From NCBI GenBank assembly GCA_965206645.1, contig CBDBKE010000004.1:1824001-1888000 (forward strand): a DNA stretch of 64,000 bases, read 5' to 3'. Origin of the DNA: Terriglobia bacterium. GTDB taxonomy: Bacteria; Acidobacteriota; Terriglobia; JAJPHL01; JAPKYU01. Each line of letters opens with the position of its first letter. Positions within the stretch are counted from its first letter, which is position 1. The notes under the pieces were generated by a model. It saw only the letters and a program-made list of their open reading frames with translations. It was not told where the DNA came from and did not search any database. Positions 20,002 to 29,185 of this stretch are shown piece by piece. The position numbers and the translations under genes are program-made.

Positions 20002-20850
20002 AACTGGTTTCAGTGGCAGGGGAGGGCTATAGGCCCCCGGCGCCGGGGGCCTATAGGCGAGCGCCGAGTGCGGCCGCACCGTGTTGTATTGCACCCTCCA
20101 CTGTTCAATCACCACCTGTGCCTCCTTCAACGAGTAGAAGATCTCTCCATTCAGGCATTCGTCCCGCAGCTTCCCATTGAAACTCTCGCAGTACCCGTTC
20201 TCCCAGGGACTGCCCGGTTCGATGTACAGTGTCCCGGTCCCTAGATTTGCCAACCACTGGCGCAGTTGTTTGGCGATGAACTCGGGACCATTGTCGGATC
20301 GAATCTGTTCCGGTATCCCTCGCCACAACATCACGTCCGACAACGCCTCAATGATTTGTTGGCTGCCCATCCTCCGCTCCACCCGGATCGCCAGGCATTC
20401 CCGCGTGTACTCATCCAGCAAGGTCAGCAGCCGCAGCGTTCTCCCCTCGTGCGTTCTGGCACTCATGAGGTCGTAGCTCCACACGTGGTTCGGTCGCTCC
20501 GGCCTCAGTCGTACACAGGAACCGTCGTTCAGCCACAGCCGTCCTCGCGGCCTTTGTTTTTGCGGCACTTTCAGCCCTTCCCGCCGCCAAATCCGCTGCA
20601 CCCGGTCCTTGCCCACTTCCCAGCCCGCACTCCGCAGCAACGCTGTGATCCTCCGGTAGCCATATCGCCCGTACTTCGCTCCCAGGGCAATGATCGCTCG
20701 GGTCAGAGCATCCTCGTCCACCCGATGAATCGGCTCGTATCGTTGTGTCCCTCGCCATTGCCCCAGCAGCCGGCAGGCATGCCGTTCCGACAACCCGTGT
20801 TGCTCCCACGCACGCTCCACCGCACAACGCCGCCGCTCAGGGCTCAGAAG
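19978..20850 (-). CDS. IS3 transposase OrfB (DDE); 5' boundary approximate, at the frameshift
   Basis: YGYRRI, WSYD, SDNGPEF and PGSPWENGYCESFNGKLRDE motifs. Confidence 0.9.
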   Translation of the reverse strand, partial: LLSPERRRCAVERAWEQHGLSERHACRLLGQWRGTQRYEPIHRVDEDALTRAIIALGAKYGRYGYRRITALLRSAGWEVGKDRVQRIWRREGLKVPQKQRPRGRLWLNDGSCVRLRPERPNHVWSYDLMSARTHEGRTLRLLTLLDEYTRECLAIRVERRMGSQQIIEALSDVMLWRGIPEQIRSDNGPEFIAKQLRQWLANLGTGTLYIEPGSPWENGYCESFNGKLRDECLNGEIFYSLKEAQVVIEQWRVQYNTVRPHSALAYRPPAPGAYSPPLPLKPVSQPQAAM

Positions 20851-21122
20851 TTTCCCTGTGCCACATCCCGCAGCACCTGCTTCTCCAGAGAAAGCTCCGC
20901 TACCAACCGCTTCAGCCGCGTGTTTTCCTTCTCCAACTCCTTTAGCCGTTTTGCCTGCACCACCTTCAGCCCGCCGTATTCCTTCCGCCACCGGTAGTAG
21001 GTTTGGGTGTGGATTCCAGCTTCTTTGCAGGCTTGGGGCGCAGTCTTCCCGTTCCCCATCTGCACTTCTATCTGCCGTAGCACCGCTACAATCTGCTCCG
21101 GCTTGTAACTCCTTGTCGGCAT
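20844..21122 (-). CDS. IS3 transposase OrfA
   Basis: YKPEQIV..LR...TYYRWRKEYGG...LEKENTRLKRLV; ends in a G GGA AAC slippery heptamer. Confidence 0.9.
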   Translation of the reverse strand: MPTRSYKPEQIVAVLRQIEVQMGNGKTAPQACKEAGIHTQTYYRWRKEYGGLKVVQAKRLKELEKENTRLKRLVAELSLEKQVLRDVAQGNF

Positions 21123-21189
21123 GACCTCACTTCCTCCTCAAGTGGATTCTCTCTCTTTCCACTTGGTACAAAAAGTGCCGGTCAGGTCA

Positions 21190-21564
21190 CCCCAGGGTGG
21201 CAAACCCACCTTCGAAACAGCAAACGTTGAACTGGACGAGGACTATGCCCAGCGGCACCCCGGCGCCCGACCAGGCTCGTATGTCATGCTCACCGCACGC
21301 GACAGCGGGCTCGGTATGGACGAAGAGACACTGACCCACATCTTCGAGCCTTTTTTCCTTATCAAGGAAAAAGGTAAAGGGACTGGGCTTTCCCTGGCGG
21401 CCGTCTACGGGGCTGTCAAGCAGACGGGCGGTTATATCTGGGCTGACAGCGAACTGGGTCGGGGTACGACATTCACGATCTATTTGCCGCGTACCGACAA
21501 GACAGTTGAGGCTGGGAGTGAGCCGGGGGTGCCTATCCCGGAGTGGCGCGCCTCCAAAGTTTAG
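21190..21564 (+). pseudogene. C-terminal HATPase fragment of a sensor histidine kinase
   Basis: PQGG...ETANVELD, DSGLGMD, IFEPFF, GKGTGL and GTTFTIYLP, starting right at the IS end with no H box. Confidence 0.85.
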
Positions 21565-21607
21565 GGCGGCGTTGCTCGGCTAGGGAAAGTAGGCAGTTGC
21601 CCCCGCC

Positions 21608-23198
21608 GTGCCAAAAAAGATGAGCGCCCAAATACCAGCTAAGATTCTGGCGATTGACGACGACGAGATGGCGCTGGTGATCATGCGCAAGCTCCTGGAA
21701 GCGGAGGACTGTTCGGTCGAGGTGTTGACCCCACCGCGCGAGGCACTGGCCAAGCTGCCGGAAAACCATTACGACGCCATCCTCTGCGATATGTGGATGG
21801 CTGAGATGAACGGCAAGGAATTCTATGAGCAGGTGAAGAACGATTTCCCCGAGTACCAGCGACGAGTCATTTTTGTGACTGGCGATATCGCCTCGGAAGC
21901 CACCTGGGATTTCATTGACGATCGGCACCTCCCGTACGTGATCAAGCCTTTTAGCCGTACCGAGTTGCGCCGGAAACTGCAGCAGGTGCTAGGGGAACGG
22001 CCCGTCGTTGCTCAGCCCAAAAAGCCCGTGCCGGCGGTCGAGCCCGGTGTCAATAGGCGGCGCCATCGCCGAATCAAGATGAAGGCGAACGCCCGGGTGC
22101 GCCGGAAGAAATGGGCGGTTGGCGGCCCCGACATCAGGGCTGTGGTCAATGCCAGCAAGGAGGGCATCTTTTTTGTGACCGACCAGGAGTACCGCGTCGG
22201 CACGGAGGTGCTGGTGGCCTTCCCTTATGTGGGTTACAACGACATCGAGCAGGAAGGGTACGTAGTCCGGGTGGAAGAGCAGCCCGAAGGCCGCCGAGGC
22301 GTCGCCATCGCGATGGGTGAAGCCGCGGCGTCCGCGCGTGCGAACTTCGCTGGTTCGGAAGAAGACGCCAGGCGCCATCACATCCTGAGCATGGCGGACC
22401 TGTCCAGGCAGACGCTGGCCCCCGGCACTCCGGCCGAGCAAGTAGCAGCTGCAAGAGTCGCCGGCGACCGGAGTGAAGCGCGCCGACTCGCCGAGGAACT
22501 GGACGAGCTGAAGACTACCCACGATCAAGTGGTCGACCAACGCGACCACTTGGTCTCAGAGGAAGCCAACCTCAATGAACAATTACGGGAAATGGACGCG
22601 GCCAAGGGCTCCATGACTCAGCTGGTCGATGACCTGACGGGACAGATGGAATCGGTACAGGAGGACCTTGCGAAAACCGACGAGTACCGCTTTCAGGCCA
22701 CTCGCGACGATTTGACCGGCCTGTGGAACCGCGGGGCAATCCTGGACATCCTGAAACGGGAACTGGTTCGCGCCCAGCGCGAAGGGACCTCCGTCGGCGT
22801 TACCATGGCCGACCTGGATCACTTCAAGAACATCAACGACACCTACGGGCACTTGGCGGGCGACGCTGTGCTGCGCGAATCTGCCCAAAGAATCAATGGG
22901 GCTGTGCGCACTTACGACGCGGTGGGCCGGTATGGTGGCGAAGAGTTTTTGATCGTCCTGTCGGGATCCAACGAGGTAACCATGGACCATGGCCGAACGC
23001 ATCCGGACACTTGTCGGCACTGAACCTGTGTCCACGGCCGACGGCGTCATTCCCGTCACGCTCAGCATGGGGGTTACCTTCGGTGGCCAAAAACAGGAAG
23101 AGGAAGTGGAGGCAATCCTGCGTGCCGCAGATTCGGCTCTCTATCGAGCCAAGCGTGCAGGGCGCAACCGCGTCGAGATAACCTCCGCCGACGGGTAA
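21608..23198 (+). pseudogene. REC-PilZ-coiled coil-GGDEF diguanylate cyclase with a frameshift near 22985
   Basis: REC; RRHRR and NASKEG (PilZ); DLDHFKNINDTYGH; RTYD and GGEEF. The C-terminal AERIR...AADSALYRAK..GRN is in another frame (22989-23198). Confidence 0.85.
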
Positions 23199-23465
23199 TT
23201 CGGCGGCGTCCACGTTCAGCTTCTCCACCGGTTTGGGCCCCGTGACAAATCGCACCCTCGACCGGAGCAGCAGCCGTAAACAACCCCTTGTCCGAGACCA
23301 CCACACTTCCCCAGCATTACCATTGGGGGCCAGCGTAACCATTGGAGGATGCTGCCTGCGGTTATCTTTGGTAAGGCCTAGCTCCGGCTTCGTGCAGAGG
23401 TCCGGTGTGGGAGCCAGCCGGGGACGCAAGCAAGCGCGTGCTTCTCAACAGTTTCAGCTTGCCGG

Positions 23466-23507
23466 AAAAAGAAAGCCCGGCGGATCAGGTGTCGCCAACC
23501 CGCCGGG
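23466..23507 (-). terminator. Probable intrinsic terminator downstream of the Hsp20 gene
   Basis: CCCGGCGG/CCGCCGGG stem followed on the minus strand by CTTTCTTTTT. Confidence 0.6.
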
Positions 23508-23556
23508 TAGCCAGAGCAATCAGACGGGGCCCGCGGTTGCGGAGCCCAGCAAGTCC

Positions 23557-24021
23557 TTAGGATTTGATGCTGATCTGCTTCGTCTGGGACTTGCCCTCGA
23601 CCTTCTCGAACCGCACCTTTAGCACCCCATTCTTCAGTTCAGCCTTACTCTTCTCCGGATTCACCAACTCGGGAAGCTCCAGCGTACGCACGAAGGAAAA
23701 ATAGCTCGCTTCGCGCCGGTGATAGTTGGCCTTTTTGTCCTCGGTCTCCTGCTTCCGCTCACCCTTCAGCGTGAGCCCGTGGTCGTTGTGCAGGATCTGG
23801 AGGGTCTCAGCAGTGAACCCCGGCACCTGAGCTTCAACGACATACTCTTTGTCGGTTTCGTAGGTGTTTACAGCCGGGCTAAAGTCATAGCCGCCGCCGA
23901 TGCTCGGCCGGCCGCGCTCGCCGAAGTAGTCGCTGCCGAAGGGGTTGACAAAGGCGCGATCCAGGTCTCTGCCGAGATCGCGCATCAGTTTAAAGGGTTC
24001 CCATCGTACTAGATAAGCCAT
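23557..24021 (-). CDS. Small heat shock protein Hsp20
   Basis: Alpha-crystallin pattern LTLKGER, F.RTL.LP and AELKNGVLKV; AGGAGG RBS. Confidence 0.92.
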   Translation of the reverse strand: MAYLVRWEPFKLMRDLGRDLDRAFVNPFGSDYFGERGRPSIGGGYDFSPAVNTYETDKEYVVEAQVPGFTAETLQILHNDHGLTLKGERKQETEDKKANYHRREASYFSFVRTLELPELVNPEKSKAELKNGVLKVRFEKVEGKSQTKQISIKS

Positions 24022-24159
24022 TGTGACTCACCTCCTGGTTGTCCAGCTCATTGCTGGTCTCACTCAGTTAGATGGAGGAGCAGGCCACATGGTTTCAACT
24101 TTATAGGAATATAATCTTAGTGTTATGCGCTAATATATATTCCATTTATGTTCAATAAG

Positions 24160-25269
24160 TTATAGAAAATATGGGCCATACAGCCATCTCGCCCCGGAAA
24201 GCCCGACCACAGTGAACCCTCCCACCCCAAGCAGCTCCACACGGTCCAATGCAGGAACGCTGAGCGACACCTGAACCGCCGTCTGGGTGGTGTAAGGACC
24301 TGACGAGGTGATCTGGAGAGCGCCGTCACGGACTTGCGTGGAGATGAGTCCAATCAGGTCGTCCTCCGCCTCAATCCGCAGTGGCGAGGCCTCCTGTCCG
24401 ACCATGACCTCAACGCTGGCGATCGCGAACAGCTGGATCCGCCGAAACGCTCCGACTGGCCGGACCTCGGAGACGACGATCCCGGAACCGTGGACCGGGT
24501 CCGGCAGCGTGGCCGTTATCTCTGTGGAGTTGCTTCGCCTGCCGCGGGAAATCAGAAAAACTCGGCCACTGGTGAATTCCTCAGGAGCCACGACGTTTAA
24601 CTGGTAAACAGCCACGAAGCCTGGCGCCAGTCCGGCAAACTCCACCTGGGCTTGCTTTCCTCCGATATAGACCTCCGGGAGATCGGCGACCCGGTTGAGG
24701 GGTTCCCCGCCGGCGCCGCCCATCCCGGTGGCCGCCTGAGGATCCATCTCTCCCAGGCCGATGGCGTAGAGGATCACGCGCTGCCCGGGAGCAACCGTCT
24801 CAAGAAGCGTAAAGGAGGGATCCAAGAGCACGGGAGTCCCTTTGCCATCGCCGCTTCGGGTAAAGATTCCCGGCGAGGTGGGCAATAGAGCGACCGAGTA
24901 CGCCGGACTCTGCCCTTGCCGGGTGACGACGACCAGATCCACTTTCTCCGCGCTAATGCCGAATGGGATCTGTGCGTTGATCTGATCCGGAGAGACAAAG
25001 TAAAGCGGGGCCTCCAGACCGTTGACAGCAACGGTGACTCCGTCCAGCTCTGTCGGGAGGGGCACCTCCGAAGCAGCGTCAGTCGATTGGGCGAGCTCGG
25101 TTCCAAAGATCGAAACCAGCGATCCTGGGGAGACGAGAGGCCCAAACGACGCCCCGTCGAGAACTGCCCGGATATTCGGCTGTGCACCGGCTGAGGAAAC
25201 CAACACGAGGTAAACCAAACTGCCGAACAGGAGTCGAACCGGGCTGCGACCGAGTCTCATCGGTAACAT
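24160..25269 (-). CDS. Secreted acidobacterial TIGR03437-like domain protein with a partial GIN/DUF2807-like C-terminal domain
   Basis: SPGSLVSIFG, PLYFVSPDQINAQIP and FAGLAPGFVAVYQLNV, then GSG....E.R.V..F..I. Confidence 0.75.
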   Translation of the reverse strand: MLPMRLGRSPVRLLFGSLVYLVLVSSAGAQPNIRAVLDGASFGPLVSPGSLVSIFGTELAQSTDAASEVPLPTELDGVTVAVNGLEAPLYFVSPDQINAQIPFGISAEKVDLVVVTRQGQSPAYSVALLPTSPGIFTRSGDGKGTPVLLDPSFTLLETVAPGQRVILYAIGLGEMDPQAATGMGGAGGEPLNRVADLPEVYIGGKQAQVEFAGLAPGFVAVYQLNVVAPEEFTSGRVFLISRGRRSNSTEITATLPDPVHGSGIVVSEVRPVGAFRRIQLFAIASVEVMVGQEASPLRIEAEDDLIGLISTQVRDGALQITSSGPYTTQTAVQVSLSVPALDRVELLGVGGFTVVGLSGARWLYGPYFL

Positions 25270-25455
25270 CCTTGCCCTGGCTGATCATGAGGAAGGAACC
25301 GCCTCACTTGGGCCATCTTAGGCCTCGCCCACAGGCAAGTCAACGTGATGACCCGGCCATTCGCGCCGGTCTTCTTCCGCCTGCCGCACATGAAGCGGAC
25401 CGGAAGATTCTTTCCGCGTTTGCGTGCCTGATGCTGCCCGACTTATGATTCCAAT

Positions 25456-25839
25456 ATGGCTGGAACACGGAAACTTACAATGACCATCGGACCGGTGAAA
25501 GTGGAGGCCGAGTTGTTTGACACCCCAACCGCCGATGCCATCTACGCAAAGTTGCCTTTCACTTCCACTGCTTCCACCTGGGGAGATGAGGTCTACTTCT
25601 CCGCACCGGTTCAAGTGAGTAAGGAGCCGGATGCCAAGGACGTGGTCGAGGCGGGCGAGTTGGCCTTCTGGGTTGAGGGCGACTCCATCGCCATCGGCTT
25701 TGGCCCCACACCGGTTTCCCGCGGCAAGGAAATCCGCCTCGCTGCGCGGACGAACATCTGGGGCAAGACACTCGCGCCCGTTACACAATTGAAAAAAGTG
25801 AAAGACGGCGATCCTATCAAGGTCGAAAAGCTTGGCTAG
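25456..25839 (+). CDS. Cyclophilin-like fold protein (DUF369/TM1367 type)
   Basis: LPF.S.A.TWGDEVYF and GELAFW..G..IAIGFGPTP motifs. Confidence 0.82.
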   Translation: MAGTRKLTMTIGPVKVEAELFDTPTADAIYAKLPFTSTASTWGDEVYFSAPVQVSKEPDAKDVVEAGELAFWVEGDSIAIGFGPTPVSRGKEIRLAARTNIWGKTLAPVTQLKKVKDGDPIKVEKLG

Positions 25840-25981
25840 TCGCGTCCGGCAGAAGCTATTCCGGCTTCATGGATCCTTGTCAAGCTATCGATGCTGCAAG
25901 GAGGAAATTATATCCGATTTTCCACGTTGAAGTGTTGCCATGGCGCCATAAGGGGTGGCAGGGCGATGGCGAAGTCTCCTG

Positions 25982-26785
25982 CTATTTGAAAAAAACCGAG
26001 TCCATTCCGCCGGTCACGCTGATGGTGGCCGCGGTGATGTTGTTGGCGCGGTCTGAACTCAGAAACACTACCAGGCTGCCGATGTCCTCCGGTGTTTGGG
26101 CTCGCTGGAGCGGGATTGGCTCCAGATATGTCTTAAAGATCGTTTCCTTATCCAGGCCGCTTCTAGCCGCGAGGTCGCCAAGAACCTTCTCCCAAATGGG
26201 TGTCCGCACGATGCCAGGGCAAATGGCATTGACATTGATGTTGTAAGCGCCGAATTCGTAGGCCAGCGAGCGGGTCAAGGCGATGACGCCTGCCTTGGCG
26301 GCACAATAGGGAGCCTGTTGAGCTGTGGGGTAGAGAGCCGCGATCGAGGATATGTTGATGATCTTCCCGCTGCGGCGTTCCACCATGTCCGCCAGTACGC
26401 TGGCGCAGCAAAGATAGGTGCCCTTGAGATTGACGGCCACGATGCGATCCCATTCAGCCTCCGTGAGCTCCCGGAAGGGTTTGACGAGTGCGATACCAGC
26501 AACGTTGACGAGGATATCGATCGCGCCGAAGCTTTGCTGCGCCACGGCAGCTATTTGTTTTGTATCCGCCGCCACGGTCACGTCGCAGCGCACGAACCGA
26601 GCGTGTCCGCCCCGTTGCTCGATTTCTCGCGCCACCTGCTGGCCGGATTCGACGTTGAGGTCGGCGACGACGGTGTTGACTCCTTCTCCGGCTAAGGTGA
26701 GGCAGATCCCTCGGCCAATGCCTTGAGCGCCTCCGGTCACGATAGCTGTTTTACCCTTTAGACCTTTGTCGTTCGCTGAATTCAT
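25982..26785 (-). CDS. Short-chain dehydrogenase/reductase
   Basis: TGGAQGIG, YCAAK and VNAICPG motifs. Confidence 0.93.
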   Translation of the reverse strand: MNSANDKGLKGKTAIVTGGAQGIGRGICLTLAGEGVNTVVADLNVESGQQVAREIEQRGGHARFVRCDVTVAADTKQIAAVAQQSFGAIDILVNVAGIALVKPFRELTEAEWDRIVAVNLKGTYLCCASVLADMVERRSGKIINISSIAALYPTAQQAPYCAAKAGVIALTRSLAYEFGAYNINVNAICPGIVRTPIWEKVLGDLAARSGLDKETIFKTYLEPIPLQRAQTPEDIGSLVVFLSSDRANNITAATISVTGGMDSVFFK

Positions 26786-26959
26786 GTTTCCTCCCGCCTT
26801 GCTCTCGAAAGATTCTTCGCGTGGTTGGTCCGCGATCTCGATCTGATCCTTAGCGAGCGCTCGGTTGCCGAAGACGGTGTTAGGAAGGGTGAGCGAGGAG
26901 AGCGAATGAGAAGGACACTCGCAGTCCGTCTCAAAGTCAGCCAGCAGACAGACTCGCAG

Positions 26960-27859
26960 TTACTTCGTTCGTTCGCGCAACCGGAGCTCCAGGTGGCTCT
27001 TTTCGGCAGCTAGCTGCTCACGCTGGGCGACTACACGCTCATAGCTAGTCTTCAGGTCGGCGAGCTCCTGCATCAGATGGCGCGCTTCGTCCCGCGAACG
27101 GGCAAGTTGCAACTTCACGTCGGCTACATCGACCGTCGCCTCTCCCTCGTAGGCCCCCAACACACCGCGGATGGCCGACGCCGCCCCGCCCAATGCGATG
27201 GCCACGCCTCGCCGCCCCTCCCCTCGCTCACTGACCCGAACCACGTACCCTCCCTGCCACACGTCGGCGGCTTCCGGATAGGGAAAGGAAACCACCACTT
27301 CGGTTCCGACCCGGTACTGCTGGGTGGTCAGGAAGTAGACGCCCTCTTTGCTGGCATTGTCGACCTCGGCGATCTCCAAATCCTCAGATTCCGACTCCTT
27401 GCGTACCCGAGCGTGCGCCTTCGTTCTAACCCGCTCATGCCGCCGTTTCTCTGGCCCCTCCTGCTCCTCCGCACCGACCTCCGGCCCGATCACCTCTTCC
27501 AGTCTTCGGCGCAACTCGTTAGGGCTGATGGGCTTCAGCACGTAAGGCAGGCCGTTCCCCTCGATGAACTCCCAGGTGGTTTCCGAAGCCAAATCCCCGG
27601 TCAGAATCACAGTGCGGTTCTGGTAGTCGGGAAATTCTTTTCTCAGCCGGTCGTAGAAGTCCTTGCCGCTCATCCCCGGCATCCACATGTCGCAGAGGAT
27701 GACGTCGTAGCGGGATTCGGAAAGACGGACCAGCGCGTCGTTCGCCGACGGCGAAACATCCACGAAGACACCGGTCGCTTCCAGCAGCTTGCGAACAACG
27801 ATCAACGTCGCTTCGTCGTCGTCAATCACCAGGATTCTGGATGCGTGCGTGCTGCTCAT
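26960..27859 (-). CDS. REC-PilZ-coiled coil protein, paralogous to the N-terminal half of the 21608 gene
   Basis: IDDDE, ILCDMWM, LTGD.ASE.TW.FI, RRHER and NASKEG. Start placed at MSSTHAS. Confidence 0.85.
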   Translation of the reverse strand: MSSTHASRILVIDDDEATLIVVRKLLEATGVFVDVSPSANDALVRLSESRYDVILCDMWMPGMSGKDFYDRLRKEFPDYQNRTVILTGDLASETTWEFIEGNGLPYVLKPISPNELRRRLEEVIGPEVGAEEQEGPEKRRHERVRTKAHARVRKESESEDLEIAEVDNASKEGVYFLTTQQYRVGTEVVVSFPYPEAADVWQGGYVVRVSERGEGRRGVAIALGGAASAIRGVLGAYEGEATVDVADVKLQLARSRDEARHLMQELADLKTSYERVVAQREQLAAEKSHLELRLRERTK

Positions 27860-27873
27860 GGGGATTCCGCCTC

Positions 27874-29049
27874 TTATCTGCGAGTGGTTTCGCCAGCTTT
27901 CGAGGACCGAAGCGGTCCCAAATCCGCCTGCAACACGGCAGCAGCGAAACTCAACAAGTCGCCCTTCTCCCGCGCCACTTCCATAAGGCGCCGGTGATCC
28001 CCGGCCAGCTGGCACAATTGAAGAACCGTGGGGCAGGCGAGCTGGGTAGGATCGTGATCGCGAAGATGTGTGAGCGAAACTTCGATTGCGTCGGCATAGC
28101 GCCCAAGGCGGGCCAGAAACCCAACCAGAGCCTGGGCGGGGCGGCTGTCTTCTTGGGGATTCGCCTTAGCAGCCTTCTCTTGGAAATGTGTGATTGCCGA
28201 ATCGACGTCGTCGTCTAGGAGAGCCCGCAGGTAGACGGCGTGGTCCTGATACAGATTTTCGAATGGCGGTTCGCTACGGTAGTGGAACATCGGCGACAGG
28301 CGGTTTCCGTATTCTGCCAACTCCAGTGCGAGCAAAAGCGTTTCCCGGTCGTCCAGCTCAAGGCTCGACGGGAGGATGGAGGCAAGGTGCGTCGAGTCGA
28401 TATGACAGCCGTATTCCCCAAACAGCCAGTCGCGCCCTGCTGTCAGCTCGGCTAGGCTGTTCTTGTCCGGACTTTGGCCCTCCTGCCCGGCAATAACCCG
28501 TTTTAGGTTCTCACGCAGCTCGGCATGCAGGCTCCGGACTAGCATGCGGGTACAATCCTGCCTGCCCTTGCGGCCTGGATACTGCCCCAAGGTTGTGATC
28601 GCTCTACAGGTCCCGTAATTCGCCAGGATCAGCTCGAACCCCTTCCGGGGATGAACTTGTTCGAAGAAAGCAATCTCGATGATCCGGTCAAGCCCTTCGC
28701 CGGGCGAAACCTCCTCGATGGCCGCGGCCACCGGCCCCGGCTCCCCGATCGCACGAAAATAGGGCCACGCCCTTTCGATGTCGCCGTCGGTCAGGAAAAG
28801 ATGGCCTGCCTCGCGGGCCGCCTGGACCAGGGCCGCCTCGTATGCGCGTGCCTTCTGTTCCGGCATCTGGGGCGCTTCCACCTCAATCAGCGGCAGGCCG
28901 AGCTCGCAACGCTTTTTCATGAGCCGTGCTTCAAACAGGAGGGGATATTTCTTCTCGCGGAGAAATTCTTCCGCCAGTAAGTCGAAACCGGCCTCCGCGC
29001 CATCCGATCGCAGAATCTGCTCGACCCGCTCAAATAGCTCTTGTGTCAT
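27874..29049 (-). CDS. Hypothetical alpha-helical protein
   Basis: Long ORF with helical-repeat-like composition, preceded by GAGGA. No catalytic motif recognised. Confidence 0.75.
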   Translation of the reverse strand: MTQELFERVEQILRSDGAEAGFDLLAEEFLREKKYPLLFEARLMKKRCELGLPLIEVEAPQMPEQKARAYEAALVQAAREAGHLFLTDGDIERAWPYFRAIGEPGPVAAAIEEVSPGEGLDRIIEIAFFEQVHPRKGFELILANYGTCRAITTLGQYPGRKGRQDCTRMLVRSLHAELRENLKRVIAGQEGQSPDKNSLAELTAGRDWLFGEYGCHIDSTHLASILPSSLELDDRETLLLALELAEYGNRLSPMFHYRSEPPFENLYQDHAVYLRALLDDDVDSAITHFQEKAAKANPQEDSRPAQALVGFLARLGRYADAIEVSLTHLRDHDPTQLACPTVLQLCQLAGDHRRLMEVAREKGDLLSFAAAVLQADLGPLRSSKAGETTRR

Positions 29050-29185
29050 CCGGACATCCTCACTCCCGTCGGCCCGGCTTGAGGTAGTTAGGAATGCTTC
29101 CCCCCTTTCCAAGCACATTATGGCTGATTTTGTTCGCGAGTGACTATCCCGTTAGAGTCTCCACGAACCGATAGCAAGGTTGGCC

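Larger units (their letters stand above)
19940..21189 (-). mobile_element. IS3-family insertion sequence with no target duplication
   Basis: IRs TGACCAGACCG..TTTTTGTACCAA and TTGGTACAAAAA..CGGTCAGGTCA. The flanks CGTG and CCCC differ. Confidence 0.93.
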
